From: Anaerolineales bacterium
GTDB lineage: Bacteria; Chloroflexota; Anaerolineae; Anaerolineales; E44-bin32
NCBI GenBank assembly: GCA_030606845.1
Contig: JAUWFP010000001.1
Location: 1 to 63,073 of the forward strand
DNA: 63,073 nt
Direction: 5' to 3'
Shown: in pieces, positions 8,100-17,160 of the stretch
Layout of the letters: every line of letters starts with the position of its first letter
Numbering within the stretch: the stretch's first letter is position 1
Notes under the pieces: model-generated
What the model was told of the DNA's origin: nothing
The model's database searches: none
Seen by the model: only the letters and a program-made list of their open reading frames with translations
Made by a program: the position numbers and the translations under genes

Positions 8100-9692
8100 T
8101 TGCGCTGCTTTGCGCCGACGCACCCGCCGTACGATGAACCGCACCAACACCACCAGCCCGGCAATGACGACAACCACAACCGCCAACGCGATCTTGGCCA
8201 TCGCTGGGAAGCCAAGCGCCACGTGGAAGTCCATCGGCTGGTAGGTGAAGAGTGAGTCGTCCACCTCGCCGGTATCGTAGAAGGTCACCAATAGATGCCG
8301 TGTCGCTTCCGTTTGGAAGCCCCACAGGTCGCCGAAATGCCCAAACTCCGACAGGATGACCTGCTCGCCATTGCTCAAAGCAGGCAGCAATTCCTCAGCG
8401 GCAAACTGTGACGAAGTCGAATAGTCGATGCTCCCGCTCACCAGCAGCGTCTCCACTTCGGCAGGCTGCACCTCACGAAACTCGTTGGGCATTGGCGCAA
8501 CAGGCCAACCACCACTCAGTTGTGCCGCCGTGCCAATCATCAGCGAGAAGGGCGAACCCAGTATCGAATTTGGCGGGTTCATATCCGTGATCCAATCACG
8601 TGCAGGGTCATAGTCGACGCTGCCTTTGGCAACAAAGTCGCCCCAGGTGATGACCGAAGGAATCATGAAATCGGACGCCAGGGACATCACGGCCAGCCCG
8701 CTGGGGTCACCCCCTTCGGCGGCCAGATAAGCATCGAAGACTGTCGCGGCGGTCCCTCGGTGAAATAGCATAAAGTGGGTGATGAATCTCACCTTGCCGG
8801 GGTCAATCGGTATCAGCAGCCAGCGTTCGGGCACATTGTGAGATACGTTACGTACAGTCTCGGCCAGGTCATTGGTGCGGGCGCTGCATTCAGAATCTTC
8901 CGCGCACAGCTCGGCATCGTATGCTATTTGCGCGTCGACAACGTCTGGTTCCCAGACGAAGTGTCCTGGTGGGTTGACAGCAATCATTGCCGAGCGATGC
9001 AAGCTATCGGGATACATCCATGAGTAAATCATTGCCACTCGGGTGCCGTAGCTTCCACTGAGCAGGTTCACGCGCTCGTAGCCCAGCATGGCGCGAGCAG
9101 ATTCCATGTCTTCGACCACTTCGGGAATGGAGTAGCCATCCAGGTCGACCCCCTCCGCTTGCAGGCGCTCGGCGCACTGGGTCATCGCTTCGCCAAAGCT
9201 GGCCATAGACGCCTCGCTCAAAAGGTCGCCACCTACACCAGTAACTGCCCTGGCCATTTCCGGACACTCCATCACGACCGAACCATCCATGCCCCGGTAA
9301 CCCACCATCACGATGTCGTGATCCTCTATCAACCCCTTTAGGCCGGGGAAATGCATATTCGAATCGCCCGGCCCGCCAGCTAACCAGAAAATCGGCTCGG
9401 CGGGGCTATCTCCCAGAGCGTGCACGCGAATCACAGGCAGAGTAATCAGCCGCGAGTCCGGTTCGCTACGGTTCTCCGGCACGACAAGCGTGCCACAGTC
9501 GGCGGCGTACTCCACGTCGCCACGTTCGTACATGCACGGTTCCCTGCCCACAAGCTCCCCTGCCTGCGCGCCTTCGGGCACAGTCACCGGGGCTTGCTTT
9601 CCGCCGCAGGCGGCGAGCATCGTAACGACCACAACTGCGACGATTGCGAGGGTCACCCATGAACGATTAGAAGCGGCAGTCAAGTTTTCCAT
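8091..9692 (-). CDS. Alpha/beta-fold hydrolase (peptidase/esterase-like), membrane-anchored (about 533 aa; alternative GTG start at 9728)
   Basis: Nucleophile elbow LLSGSYGTR (GxSxG), WLAGGPGDS oxyanion-type motif, N-terminal signal with LAACGG lipobox, and a C-terminal hydrophobic helix with an RRVRRRK tail. It is GC-rich, unlike the other cassettes. Confidence 0.85.
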   Translation of the reverse strand: MENLTAASNRSWVTLAIVAVVVVTMLAACGGKQAPVTVPEGAQAGELVGREPCMYERGDVEYAADCGTLVVPENRSEPDSRLITLPVIRVHALGDSPAEPIFWLAGGPGDSNMHFPGLKGLIEDHDIVMVGYRGMDGSVVMECPEMARAVTGVGGDLLSEASMASFGEAMTQCAERLQAEGVDLDGYSIPEVVEDMESARAMLGYERVNLLSGSYGTRVAMIYSWMYPDSLHRSAMIAVNPPGHFVWEPDVVDAQIAYDAELCAEDSECSARTNDLAETVRNVSHNVPERWLLIPIDPGKVRFITHFMLFHRGTAATVFDAYLAAEGGDPSGLAVMSLASDFMIPSVITWGDFVAKGSVDYDPARDWITDMNPPNSILGSPFSLMIGTAAQLSGGWPVAPMPNEFREVQPAEVETLLVSGSIDYSTSSQFAAEELLPALSNGEQVILSEFGHFGDLWGFQTEATRHLLVTFYDTGEVDDSLFTYQPMDFHVALGFPAMAKIALAVVVVVIAGLVVLVRFIVRRVRRRKAAQAA

Positions 9693-9811
9693 CTGTGCCT
9701 TCTCAATGTAGCTCCTTTGGAATTTCACTCAGTGACTAGTTCAGGCTAGGGCATTAGGTCACAAATTCGAGATCATTCAACTCAGTCAATTATGCCTGTG
9801 ATGACGGCTTG

Positions 9812-10025
9812 GCCGCATAACTATTATTGAATGGGGACCATCCATTAAGCATGTTATACTACTAGACAGAACACGCGTTCTATTATATAGTAGGAGCAGT
9901 TTTAACGGGTCCAATCCATATAAACTATGTGTTATACAGGGGTGCCCCATATAGCGTTCCCACGGACGCTAATGACATTTTATAGCATCTCACAGCTAGC
10001 TACAAGCAGGGAGGGGGAAAGTAAA
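9812..10025 (-). promoter_or_regulatory. attI region with cassette junction (G/TTATGC at 9815-9821, minus) and candidate Pc promoter
   Basis: The junction is defined by complementarity to attC1. GTTATAC-type boxes lie at 9853-9859 and 9931-9937 (plus). A perfect TATAAT lies on the minus strand at 9887-9882, upstream of the junction; the -35 element is weak. Confidence 0.55.
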
Positions 10026-11000
10026 ATGGAACTACAACCTAAGATCAGGCTCCTCGATCGCGTTCGTCAGGCAATAAGACTCAAGAACTATGCATACTCA
10101 ACCGAGAAGGCCTATGTCTACTGGATCAAGCGCTTCATCCTTTTCCACAAGAAGCGGCACCCAATGACAATGGGCGGCCCAGAGATAGAGACATTCCTCA
10201 GCTACCTGGCTGTTGAAAGGAACGTCTCCGCCTCCACTCAGAACCAGGCTTTTTGTGCACTGCTTTTCCTCTATCAAGAAGTATTGGGAATCGAATTAGA
10301 TTCCCCCATTGTATCTGTTCGTGCCAAGCGACCTAAACGACTTCCCACGGTTCTCACAAGACCTGAGGTCCAGCTCCTAATAAGTGCCATGTCAGGGAAA
10401 TACCAGCTGATGGCCAAGCTACTCTACGGCAGCGGCCTGCGACTGATGGAGTGTATTCGACTGCGCATCAAGGATATCGATTTTCACCAACACCAAGTCA
10501 TGATTCGCGATGGAAAGGGGCTCAAAGATCGCGTTACCGTCTTGCCCGACGCTGCCGTGCAGGATCTGCACCGCCACCTTCGCCATGTCAAGCTGCTTCA
10601 CGAAGATGACATCGGTAATGGCTTCGGCGCGGTCTCCCTTCCATATGCACTGGCGGTCAAATATCCTAGCGCTCAATTTGAGTGGAAATGGCAGTATCTC
10701 TTTCCATCCAAGAACATATCCAAGGATCCACGCAGCGGTGAGCTAAAACGCCACCATGCTGATCCCAGCGGTCTTCAAAATGCCGTCCGACGAGCCATCA
10801 AATCTACCAATATTAACAAGCATGTCACCCCTCATGCTCTACGTCACAGCTTTGCGACCCATCTACTCGAGGGTGGTTACGACATCCGTACTGTGCAGGA
10901 ATTACTCGGGCATAAACACGTGACCACAACGATGATCTATACCCATGTTCTAAACCGCGGAGGTCTGGCTGTGCGTAGCCCTCTGGACGACGGTGAATAG
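10026..11000 (+). CDS. intI: Integron integrase IntI (tyrosine recombinase, 324 aa from the ATG at 10026)
   Basis: GGAGG RBS before the ATG. Catalytic motifs [23 protein letters not shown] and MIYTHV are present. The IntI-specific insertion [24 protein letters not shown]...[11 protein letters not shown] aligns with IntI1 [22 protein letters not shown]...DPRSGVVRRHH. Confidence 0.95.
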   Translation: MELQPKIRLLDRVRQAIRLKNYAYSTEKAYVYWIKRFILFHKKRHPMTMGGPEIETFLSYLAVERNVSASTQNQAFCALLFLYQEVLGIELDSPIVSVRAKRPKRLPTVLTRPEVQLLISAMSGKYQLMAKLLYGSGLRLMECIRLRIKDIDFHQHQVMIRDGKGLKDRVTVLPDAAVQDLHRHLRHVKLLHEDDIGNGFGAVSLPYALAVKYPSAQFEWKWQYLFPSKNISKDPRSGELKRHHADPSGLQNAVRRAIKSTNINKHVTPHALRHSFATHLLEGGYDIRTVQELLGHKHVTTTMIYTHVLNRGGLAVRSPLDDGE

Positions 11001-11119
11001 CTAACGTACAGAATGATCCCTCCAATCCCGGTGCGATTTCGACGAAAGTAGCCACTTGCTACGAATTACACCAGAAATTTAATTCGGGATCTGTTGGCTA
11101 TGAGAGAGGGCATGGGACA

Positions 11120-11623
11120 CTACAAGATTATCCCGATGAGCCAGTTTGCCATGAGGACGGAGGAAAGCGAGAGTATTCCACCGCCGATCAGCACAACTAA
11201 GCGGGTCATGGACCTCGCCACTCCACCAGGCATTCCCGTTGCGAGACTCACTTGAGCCCCAAGACCAGCATACACAGCACCCAGAGTGGTAATGATTCCG
11301 ATCCCCCCGATGACTACGCTGACTACAAACCGTGCTATTCCTCTCCATACATCAACCGCCTCCGTACCTGTCTTGGGAGCAGTTTCAGGTGAGAGGTATG
11401 CTTGTAGCGCTGGCACAAGGGCACTGGAGGAAGCAGCTACAGCGAGCAGGATGACCATCGCAACAGCCTGCTGAAGCGCATGAGCGTGGCCGATGACGTC
11501 TCCAGTTACGGTTGACAGCTGCGCCTGAGCCAAGTTGACGACCAGCGAGACAAAGAAATAGATAGCGATGATGCCTGTGATAATGGCTACCCATTCGTCG
11601 ACCGCGGTGTTCAGGGCTTCCAT
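11120..11623 (-). CDS. Small polytopic membrane protein (167 aa from the internal ATG), last gene of the tad cluster
   Basis: 4-5 hydrophobic helices. The start was chosen just downstream of the preceding gene's stop (11634). No motif recognised. Confidence 0.55.
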   Translation of the reverse strand: MEALNTAVDEWVAIITGIIAIYFFVSLVVNLAQAQLSTVTGDVIGHAHALQQAVAMVILLAVAASSSALVPALQAYLSPETAPKTGTEAVDVWRGIARFVVSVVIGGIGIITTLGAVYAGLGAQVSLATGMPGGVARSMTRLVVLIGGGILSLSSVLMANWLIGIIL

Positions 11624-11633
11624 AGAGGATCTA

Positions 11634-12140
11634 TCACCATTCCGTGTCAATCCCTGTCGCGGCCCTCGCCTTCGACACCACACTAGCATTGAAACCGCCG
11701 ATACCCAGCACCGGGAAACTTCCAAACACTGTGTCGGCGGTGCCGTTTACTATGACCTCCACCTCGGCACCAGTTACCTGGACCGAAGTAAGTGAAATTG
11801 TCATCCAATTATCTTCAGTGATCTTTCCCTGCATCGCAGCGACAGCCTCCGCCGCCCGTTGCTGAGCCCAAGTCTCGTTCAGGACGAAGTTTCCATTGGC
11901 AGCCTCGCTGAGATCCAACGCGCCAGCGGCTGCCAATGCGGCCGCATCGGCCGCGATCCTTACTTGATTGCGCATGATCTGATAGCGACCAAGGTCCAGC
12001 GAGATGAATAGGGCCATGATGAGGACAGGGATAAGGACCACGAATGCGACGACTACCTGGCCACTTTCAGACTTGCGATGCCCAGTATGAGGTCGCCGCT
12101 TCGCCCTAGGGTTTGAGCGTTCCCGGTGTGATCCACCCAT
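11634..12140 (-). CDS. TadG/TadE-like pseudopilin (Flp pilus assembly, Tad_N-type N-terminus)
   Basis: SGQVVVAFVVLIPVLIMALFISLDLGRYQIMRNQVRIAADAAALAAA matches the TadE/G-like N-terminal helix. The start is uncertain; the ORF extends to 12260. Confidence 0.7.
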   Translation of the reverse strand: MGGSHRERSNPRAKRRPHTGHRKSESGQVVVAFVVLIPVLIMALFISLDLGRYQIMRNQVRIAADAAALAAAGALDLSEAANGNFVLNETWAQQRAAEAVAAMQGKITEDNWMTISLTSVQVTGAEVEVIVNGTADTVFGSFPVLGIGGFNASVVSKARAATGIDTEW

Positions 12141-12597
12141 CTTCAGAACCTGCCGACATGAAGGGGGAGTACATGGAAAATGCGGTCCCCCGAGGGGTGT
12201 TGGCCCCTCCGACTGACTTGAAGATCTCCCAGAAATCCGACCATGCCAGGGCGGACACATATACGGTCATACCGCTCCCGCCTCGACGGGACCATCCGTA
12301 CTGCCCGTGGGTATATATGTCCACTGTACTTGATTCCCACATCTGTTTCATGCCCTCATCTGCATGTAGCGTTGATTGCTGAGCCAGCGTATTTCCAGCT
12401 AACCCATATCGCTCTCGTGGCATGAAGATTGTGCCGCTGTAGGCCGAGTTCTGTGCCGCCAGTTTCAGATATGTCCACCAGCCGGTGTAGGTGATCAGGA
12501 GCATGAAGAGCCCCAAGACCGGTAGGATGATCACGAATTCAAGCGTCGCCTGACCCTTTTCTGAGCACCTTATCAATGAGAGGATCCGTTTCTTCAT
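12106..12597 (-). CDS. TadE-like pseudopilin (163 aa)
   Basis: EKGQATLEFVIILPVLGLFMLLI, the TadE N-terminal motif. Confidence 0.8.
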   Translation of the reverse strand: MKKRILSLIRCSEKGQATLEFVIILPVLGLFMLLITYTGWWTYLKLAAQNSAYSGTIFMPRERYGLAGNTLAQQSTLHADEGMKQMWESSTVDIYTHGQYGWSRRGGSGMTVYVSALAWSDFWEIFKSVGGANTPRGTAFSMYSPFMSAGSEDGWITPGTLKP

Positions 12598-12609
12598 CCC
12601 TTTCTTCTT

Positions 12610-13065
12610 TCACTGTGCGCCGTTGAATTCCCACACCGGCACATACGTCGTCCCTCGCAGTAGGGAATCAAGGTTGATCCCCAGCGGTGCCCACGGAAGA
12701 TGAACGTTGCCCAAGATTGTGAACCGCTGCCCCCGCACCCCATTTCCGCTCAGCCATGCATACGGATACTCAGCCACCTCCGTCGTCAGGTTGGTGCTTG
12801 GGGCAACTCTTTTACCCATTGTGATGGCGAATCCCATACCATAGCCCGGCTTAGTCGCCTCAAGCGATGAGCCTTCAAGGGACAGCGAAGCGGAAAGATG
12901 ATGGACATGCCAGCCTGCTGCCAGAGCTAGGCCAAGGAAGAGAATGCCCATGAAGAGAGGGACGATGATGGTGAATTCGAGCGTTGCCTGGCCTCGTTGT
13001 GACTCTTTTCCACCAAGACGAGGCGTGTCCATCCATCGCTTCAGGATCCGACATTCTTGAATCAT
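12610..13065 (-). CDS. TadE-like pseudopilin (151 aa)
   Basis: QRGQATLEFTIIVPLFMGILFLGLALA, the TadE N-terminal motif. Confidence 0.8.
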   Translation of the reverse strand: MIQECRILKRWMDTPRLGGKESQRGQATLEFTIIVPLFMGILFLGLALAAGWHVHHLSASLSLEGSSLEATKPGYGMGFAITMGKRVAPSTNLTTEVAEYPYAWLSGNGVRGQRFTILGNVHLPWAPLGINLDSLLRGTTYVPVWEFNGAQ

Positions 13066-13084
13066 TGGTTGATCGCCGTCAACG

Positions 13085-13243
13085 TCACCAGGAGATTTCT
13101 GCCGCCCGCTGCTTGACGTAGTTGCCTACAATAGCGATCACGGCGATGGCTACAAGCACAATCAGAGCGGCGATGGCCGTCCACTCGAGAGTATCCTGGC
13201 CCTCCTGGTTGGACAGAATCCCTTGCATGAACAGGTCCTTCAT
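13085..13243 (-). CDS. flp: Flp-family (type IVb) pilin, 52 aa, absent from the ORF track
   Basis: My translation is MKDLFMQGILSNQEGQDTLEWTAIAALIVLVAIAVIAIVGNYVKQRAAEISW. AGGAGG lies 6 nt upstream. G-QDTLEW followed by a hydrophobic helix matches the Flp G/xxxxEY prepilin motif. The overlapping 87-aa track ORF (13062-13325) is in a different frame and not protein-like. Confidence 0.8.
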   Translation of the reverse strand: MKDLFMQGILSNQEGQDTLEWTAIAALIVLVAIAVIAIVGNYVKQRAAEISW

Positions 13244-13493
13244 TTGCGCCCTCCTGTGGACTATCCGACGCTTTCACGGCGCCGAGATGCAAAGTTGGCA
13301 CCACTCTAGCATGACGTAGGAGCATTGAACGTTATGCGTTCGTTAGTTGTTTTCAGAGCTAGCAACCCGGGCTATGTTGGGAGATGAAAAAGAATTGATT
13401 AAGGGAGTTAAGTTTATGCCTTGGAGGGTCCTGCGCAGCAGTCTAATCTTAGTGTTGGCTACTCTTGGAAGACCTAGAATAGGAAGTACAGGT

Positions 13494-14288
13494 TTATTGG
13501 GTAGACGTTAATGTCCAGATTGCCAGATCACGATCGAATTCCTCGTCGACGATCTCGAGCCACAGTTGGCTTTGATCAACGTTGAGTGTCCCTATGTGGA
13601 AGTACAACCAACCGCTGGTGAGGCAGTAGATTCGGGGTGATCGATAGTTACCAAAGTTCTCGTCTCTGTCAGTTAGTACAACCTGCGTCTCACCCAGGCC
13701 GCCATATGACATCCTGAGAACCCCTGCATAGTCCCGCTCATCAGGTGTTGCGCATCCCGCAAAGCCCAGGGGCGGCTCAATTGCCTCGGGTTCGACATCG
13801 ACTTTCACCATGATTAACGACGAATTCGGCGGGATAATGACCTCGGTGTTCTTGCTGAAATCGAACAGGTTGGTGCGTAGAATCTCCAGTGCCAACCTTT
13901 TTCTCCCTGTAGCCGGCTCGTAGGCCATCGGGCGGTCGCTGCCTGGTATCAGCTTGACTTCTCTTACCGTGAAGGTCTTGCCGGCGATCACCGCCGAATC
14001 GCCAATGTAACGCATCGGCGGCCAGTCAGCGAAATCCCGGCTTGTCATGCGGCCGGGGAATAGCCCTGTGGCCTCACCTCCCGGCCGGAAGCCTGGAAAG
14101 GCAAGCTGCACCCGCTCCGCAGGTCTCATCTTCGGCGGTTCGGGTTGTTGCGGGTCAGTACCGCTCCCCGTTGTGCTTGCAAGAGTGTCAAGTATGACAT
14201 CAGCTTGAGTTGCACCCACAGCCTGGACGGCAAAGAAAAGCGCAATCAAGAAGCTGGCCAGCAGGAAGGCCTTACCCCACACTCTCAT
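13494..14288 (-). CDS. Secreted hypothetical protein (264 aa)
   Basis: N-terminal signal peptide. Its start overlaps the upstream gene's stop by 4 nt. Confidence 0.7.
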   Translation of the reverse strand: MRVWGKAFLLASFLIALFFAVQAVGATQADVILDTLASTTGSGTDPQQPEPPKMRPAERVQLAFPGFRPGGEATGLFPGRMTSRDFADWPPMRYIGDSAVIAGKTFTVREVKLIPGSDRPMAYEPATGRKRLALEILRTNLFDFSKNTEVIIPPNSSLIMVKVDVEPEAIEPPLGFAGCATPDERDYAGVLRMSYGGLGETQVVLTDRDENFGNYRSPRIYCLTSGWLYFHIGTLNVDQSQLWLEIVDEEFDRDLAIWTLTSTQ

Positions 14289-16225
14289 CGTAGCCTCCAG
14301 GTCGGCCCCGTATTGCTAAGGACCAAGAATACATCGCTCAACGACACTCCCCTGGGTAGCGTCCCCAACAGGGCAAAACCCTCTTCGGCGCCTCTCACCT
14401 CAACGTGGACGCCGTAGCGCACAGCGATCTCCCCTCCGCTGCCCTGATACAACGCCACCAGCTCCGTCGGTTCCACGGTGTCGGTTCCGTCGCTAGCAGG
14501 GTACAGCAGGTAGAGGTCCCCTGCCCGATCCGTAACCGTGGCGATCTCGATGAACAGCCAGGGCTCGCTCCTCTTCTGGGGAAGGAAATCCTGACCGTGC
14601 AGATTGTCGTTGACCAGAATCGACTGGTCTGTGGTCCAAACTTTGCGAACCGAGATGCCGTTGGCATTTTCCCCAAGATCCATGACAGGGATAGGCATCT
14701 TGAGCCGTAACGCTTCTCGATCCGCAGGGTCCATGGAGAGCTCGTCGATGTCCAGACATGGTCTGGCTTCGCAGACCTCGGCCGTTGAGGTGAAACCGAA
14801 AGTCGCGTCGTAGAGCTCCACCTCCCAAACAAGAAGAGGGGTTGCCAGCCCTGCCCCATCCACATCGGTCATGGCCAACCAGACCTTTGATGTGTTATCC
14901 GGCAAATTGGTCCTCAGCCAGGTGAACTCGGACTGGATCTGTACCCCCTGGAAAGTCCTCAGCAAACCGTCCAGATCATTCTGCACGTACAGATCCAGGT
15001 TCACCCTCTCACCCAGCGCCATCCGGTCCCACGCATCCCGTAGCTCCTCCATGCCGGGGAAGGTAAATTGCAGGAAGAAGCGCCCGAAGCGTTCCTCCTC
15101 ACTCGAACGGCATACCACTTCAAAGGGCTCTTGGTGCTGGTACCACACCCCTACGTCGGGGCAATCACCTGGGGGAGGGGAGCCTGAGTAATCAATGGTG
15201 AGAGGCGCCCGGGACACGGCCCGTGTGGTTTCCTGCCGATGGGAAATCCCGATCCCCACAGAGATCCATACCGGTCCCTGGTATATGCTCTCAGCTCCCT
15301 CGGTCGAGATCGCGCTCGTCGGCGTCGCCGCAAGCCCGGGCGGCGGCACAGGACCGGCTTCAGCGACCTCCTCCTCATCCTCTATGTTCCACGCCACCAC
15401 GGCCATCTCTGGGAGCAGGTGCCAATCGCCGATTTGCAGACGATGGAGGTTCGCCCATGTCGTCATAACCCGGTCCACATGCGCATCCTCAAGCCGGATG
15501 CGCCACTCGAGCCGTGCTTCTTCCACAGGCACAGCAGAAATGCACAGTAGCCATCCCTCCCGGCTTTCTCCAGGATCAAGGCGCTGTTTCTCAGGTTCGT
15601 ACCATGGGAGGGGTGGGGCGTAGGCCTGGGGGTCAAAGCGATTGCCTGTATCCGGCGCAGCGTACGCGCCGTGCCTTGCTGCGTACTCCAGCGACACACA
15701 GGGCAGCCCATACTCGGATCGTGCATCGGCCACCTCCAATGGCGGCCATGCTCTGGAGGTATCCTCACCGATATTCTCTGACAAGAAGAATGGATCGCGA
15801 ACACGGTGGTCAGAGGGAGCCCGCACTCTCACATATACGGCGAGAGCCGAGTATCCTTCGCTCTCAAATCGATCCCGCCACGCCGACGCGTTTGGATGCA
15901 AGATCACGTCTTGACCAGCAGGCCTGGAATACAACCACCGATCAAGGGGGATATGGCGAGATTCCTCCAACACACGCAGAAGCTGTACGAAGGCCCCGCT
16001 TCCCGGATCCTGGAACTCGGGGTGGAAGATCACCTCAGGGGGTTCAGGAACGCCATCCAGCGGCAGCTCGATGACATCGTAGGGGCCGACAGTAGTCTCT
16101 GGCGCTTCGGTTGGACCGCGGGTGACAGCTCCAGGAGGCACGCCCTCAGATGGACGGCCACAACCTGCCGCTGCCAGAACAACAAGGGCCAAGAGCCATA
16201 GACATTCGACGAGACGAGTTGCCAT
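14285..16225 (-). CDS. Large putative lipoprotein, unknown function (646 aa)
   Basis: Signal with LAAAGCG lipobox. It lies within the tad operon. No domain recognised. Confidence 0.75.
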   Translation of the reverse strand: MATRLVECLWLLALVVLAAAGCGRPSEGVPPGAVTRGPTEAPETTVGPYDVIELPLDGVPEPPEVIFHPEFQDPGSGAFVQLLRVLEESRHIPLDRWLYSRPAGQDVILHPNASAWRDRFESEGYSALAVYVRVRAPSDHRVRDPFFLSENIGEDTSRAWPPLEVADARSEYGLPCVSLEYAARHGAYAAPDTGNRFDPQAYAPPLPWYEPEKQRLDPGESREGWLLCISAVPVEEARLEWRIRLEDAHVDRVMTTWANLHRLQIGDWHLLPEMAVVAWNIEDEEEVAEAGPVPPPGLAATPTSAISTEGAESIYQGPVWISVGIGISHRQETTRAVSRAPLTIDYSGSPPPGDCPDVGVWYQHQEPFEVVCRSSEEERFGRFFLQFTFPGMEELRDAWDRMALGERVNLDLYVQNDLDGLLRTFQGVQIQSEFTWLRTNLPDNTSKVWLAMTDVDGAGLATPLLVWEVELYDATFGFTSTAEVCEARPCLDIDELSMDPADREALRLKMPIPVMDLGENANGISVRKVWTTDQSILVNDNLHGQDFLPQKRSEPWLFIEIATVTDRAGDLYLLYPASDGTDTVEPTELVALYQGSGGEIAVRYGVHVEVRGAEEGFALLGTLPRGVSLSDVFLVLSNTGPTWRLR

Positions 16226-16254
16226 GCGCTCACCAGATCGCTCCGCGTAGTCTA

Positions 16255-17151
16255 TCAGACAATGCCTTCACTAGTAAGGAGGATCAGCGTGGGGAGGATC
16301 GTCACCAAGATGCTGGCCAGCAGGATGACTACCGAGGTAAGCAGGGTTACTTTGATCCTGGCTCGGTTGCCCTCCTCAACGATCTCCAGCTTCAAGCTCT
16401 GCCGCATGGCCGCGGCCCGAATCTGGAAGGGCTCGACCAGGCTCTGCCCCTTCTGGATAGCCACTGTCACCATCCCCAGGAACTCATCAAACTGGGGCGT
16501 CCTGGGCAGATCCCGGTGGACCTCCTGCGTGGCTTCCAGGATGGATCGTCCCATGCTGATGCTGGAAGCCAGCCTTCCGCAAGCCTCGCCGAACAACCCT
16601 ACGTGCCGCGTCTGCGCCACCGCGTCGGCGATGTCCGCCCCGGAGCGCAGGAAGAGAGCGATGCGATCGAGCCCGAAACCCATTTCCTTCAACAGCCGCT
16701 CCCTGCGCCTCCGGATGGTTTGGTTTACAACTCGATCCGGCAATGTGAATCCATACACGGCGCCCAGCGTGGCTAGTAGGGCGGATCCAAGGGGTATCAA
16801 TCGTACATTAAGCAACAACTCTACGGCGAAGCTGATCCCCAGCGCTATCGCCACATTGACGAGAGACAGGTACATCCTGCGGGTATGGAACTCCGCCGCG
16901 GAGCTGTAGATAAACCCGGAGCGGCGCAGCCGGTCGAGAAAGTTCTCCCCTTCCGGCTTGATCTTGTGGCTCAGATCGATCAGCAAGGCCTGTAGGATGG
17001 TCCCCTCGGCCAGGCCAACCAACCGAGGCCCGCTATCGGTTCCTCGGATGCGCTTGAAAGCCGAATGTGGCATGGCGAAGGAGACCACCATCATGAATAG
17101 GCCAAAGCCCGCCATGGCAGACAGCAACAGGGAGATCAGCGTATTAGTCAT
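16255..17151 (-). CDS. tadC: Flp pilus assembly membrane protein TadC (T2SS-F family)
   Basis: N- and C-terminal TM helices flank a cytoplasmic T2SSF-like domain. It sits directly after tadB and cpaF. Confidence 0.8.
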   Translation of the reverse strand: MTNTLISLLLSAMAGFGLFMMVVSFAMPHSAFKRIRGTDSGPRLVGLAEGTILQALLIDLSHKIKPEGENFLDRLRRSGFIYSSAAEFHTRRMYLSLVNVAIALGISFAVELLLNVRLIPLGSALLATLGAVYGFTLPDRVVNQTIRRRRERLLKEMGFGLDRIALFLRSGADIADAVAQTRHVGLFGEACGRLASSISMGRSILEATQEVHRDLPRTPQFDEFLGMVTVAIQKGQSLVEPFQIRAAAMRQSLKLEIVEEGNRARIKVTLLTSVVILLASILVTILPTLILLTSEGIV

Positions 17152-17160
17152 CAGAACTCC

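Larger units (their letters stand above)
1..11000. mobile_element. Integron: intI (+), attI, and a minus-strand array of at least 6 gene cassettes that runs off the left edge
   Basis: An IntI-type recombinase lies at 10026-11000. Every credible ORF from 1-9728 is on the opposite strand. ORFs are separated by GC-rich imperfect palindromes with ..AAC / GTT.. cores. The 5' end of each cassette is the reverse complement of its own attC inner box, as expected for circularisable cassettes. Confidence 0.9.

Noticed and set aside
13062-13325. 87-aa track ORF over the flp region
   Set aside because: It has a non-protein-like composition and no RBS. A different frame encodes a textbook Flp pilin with a strong RBS.
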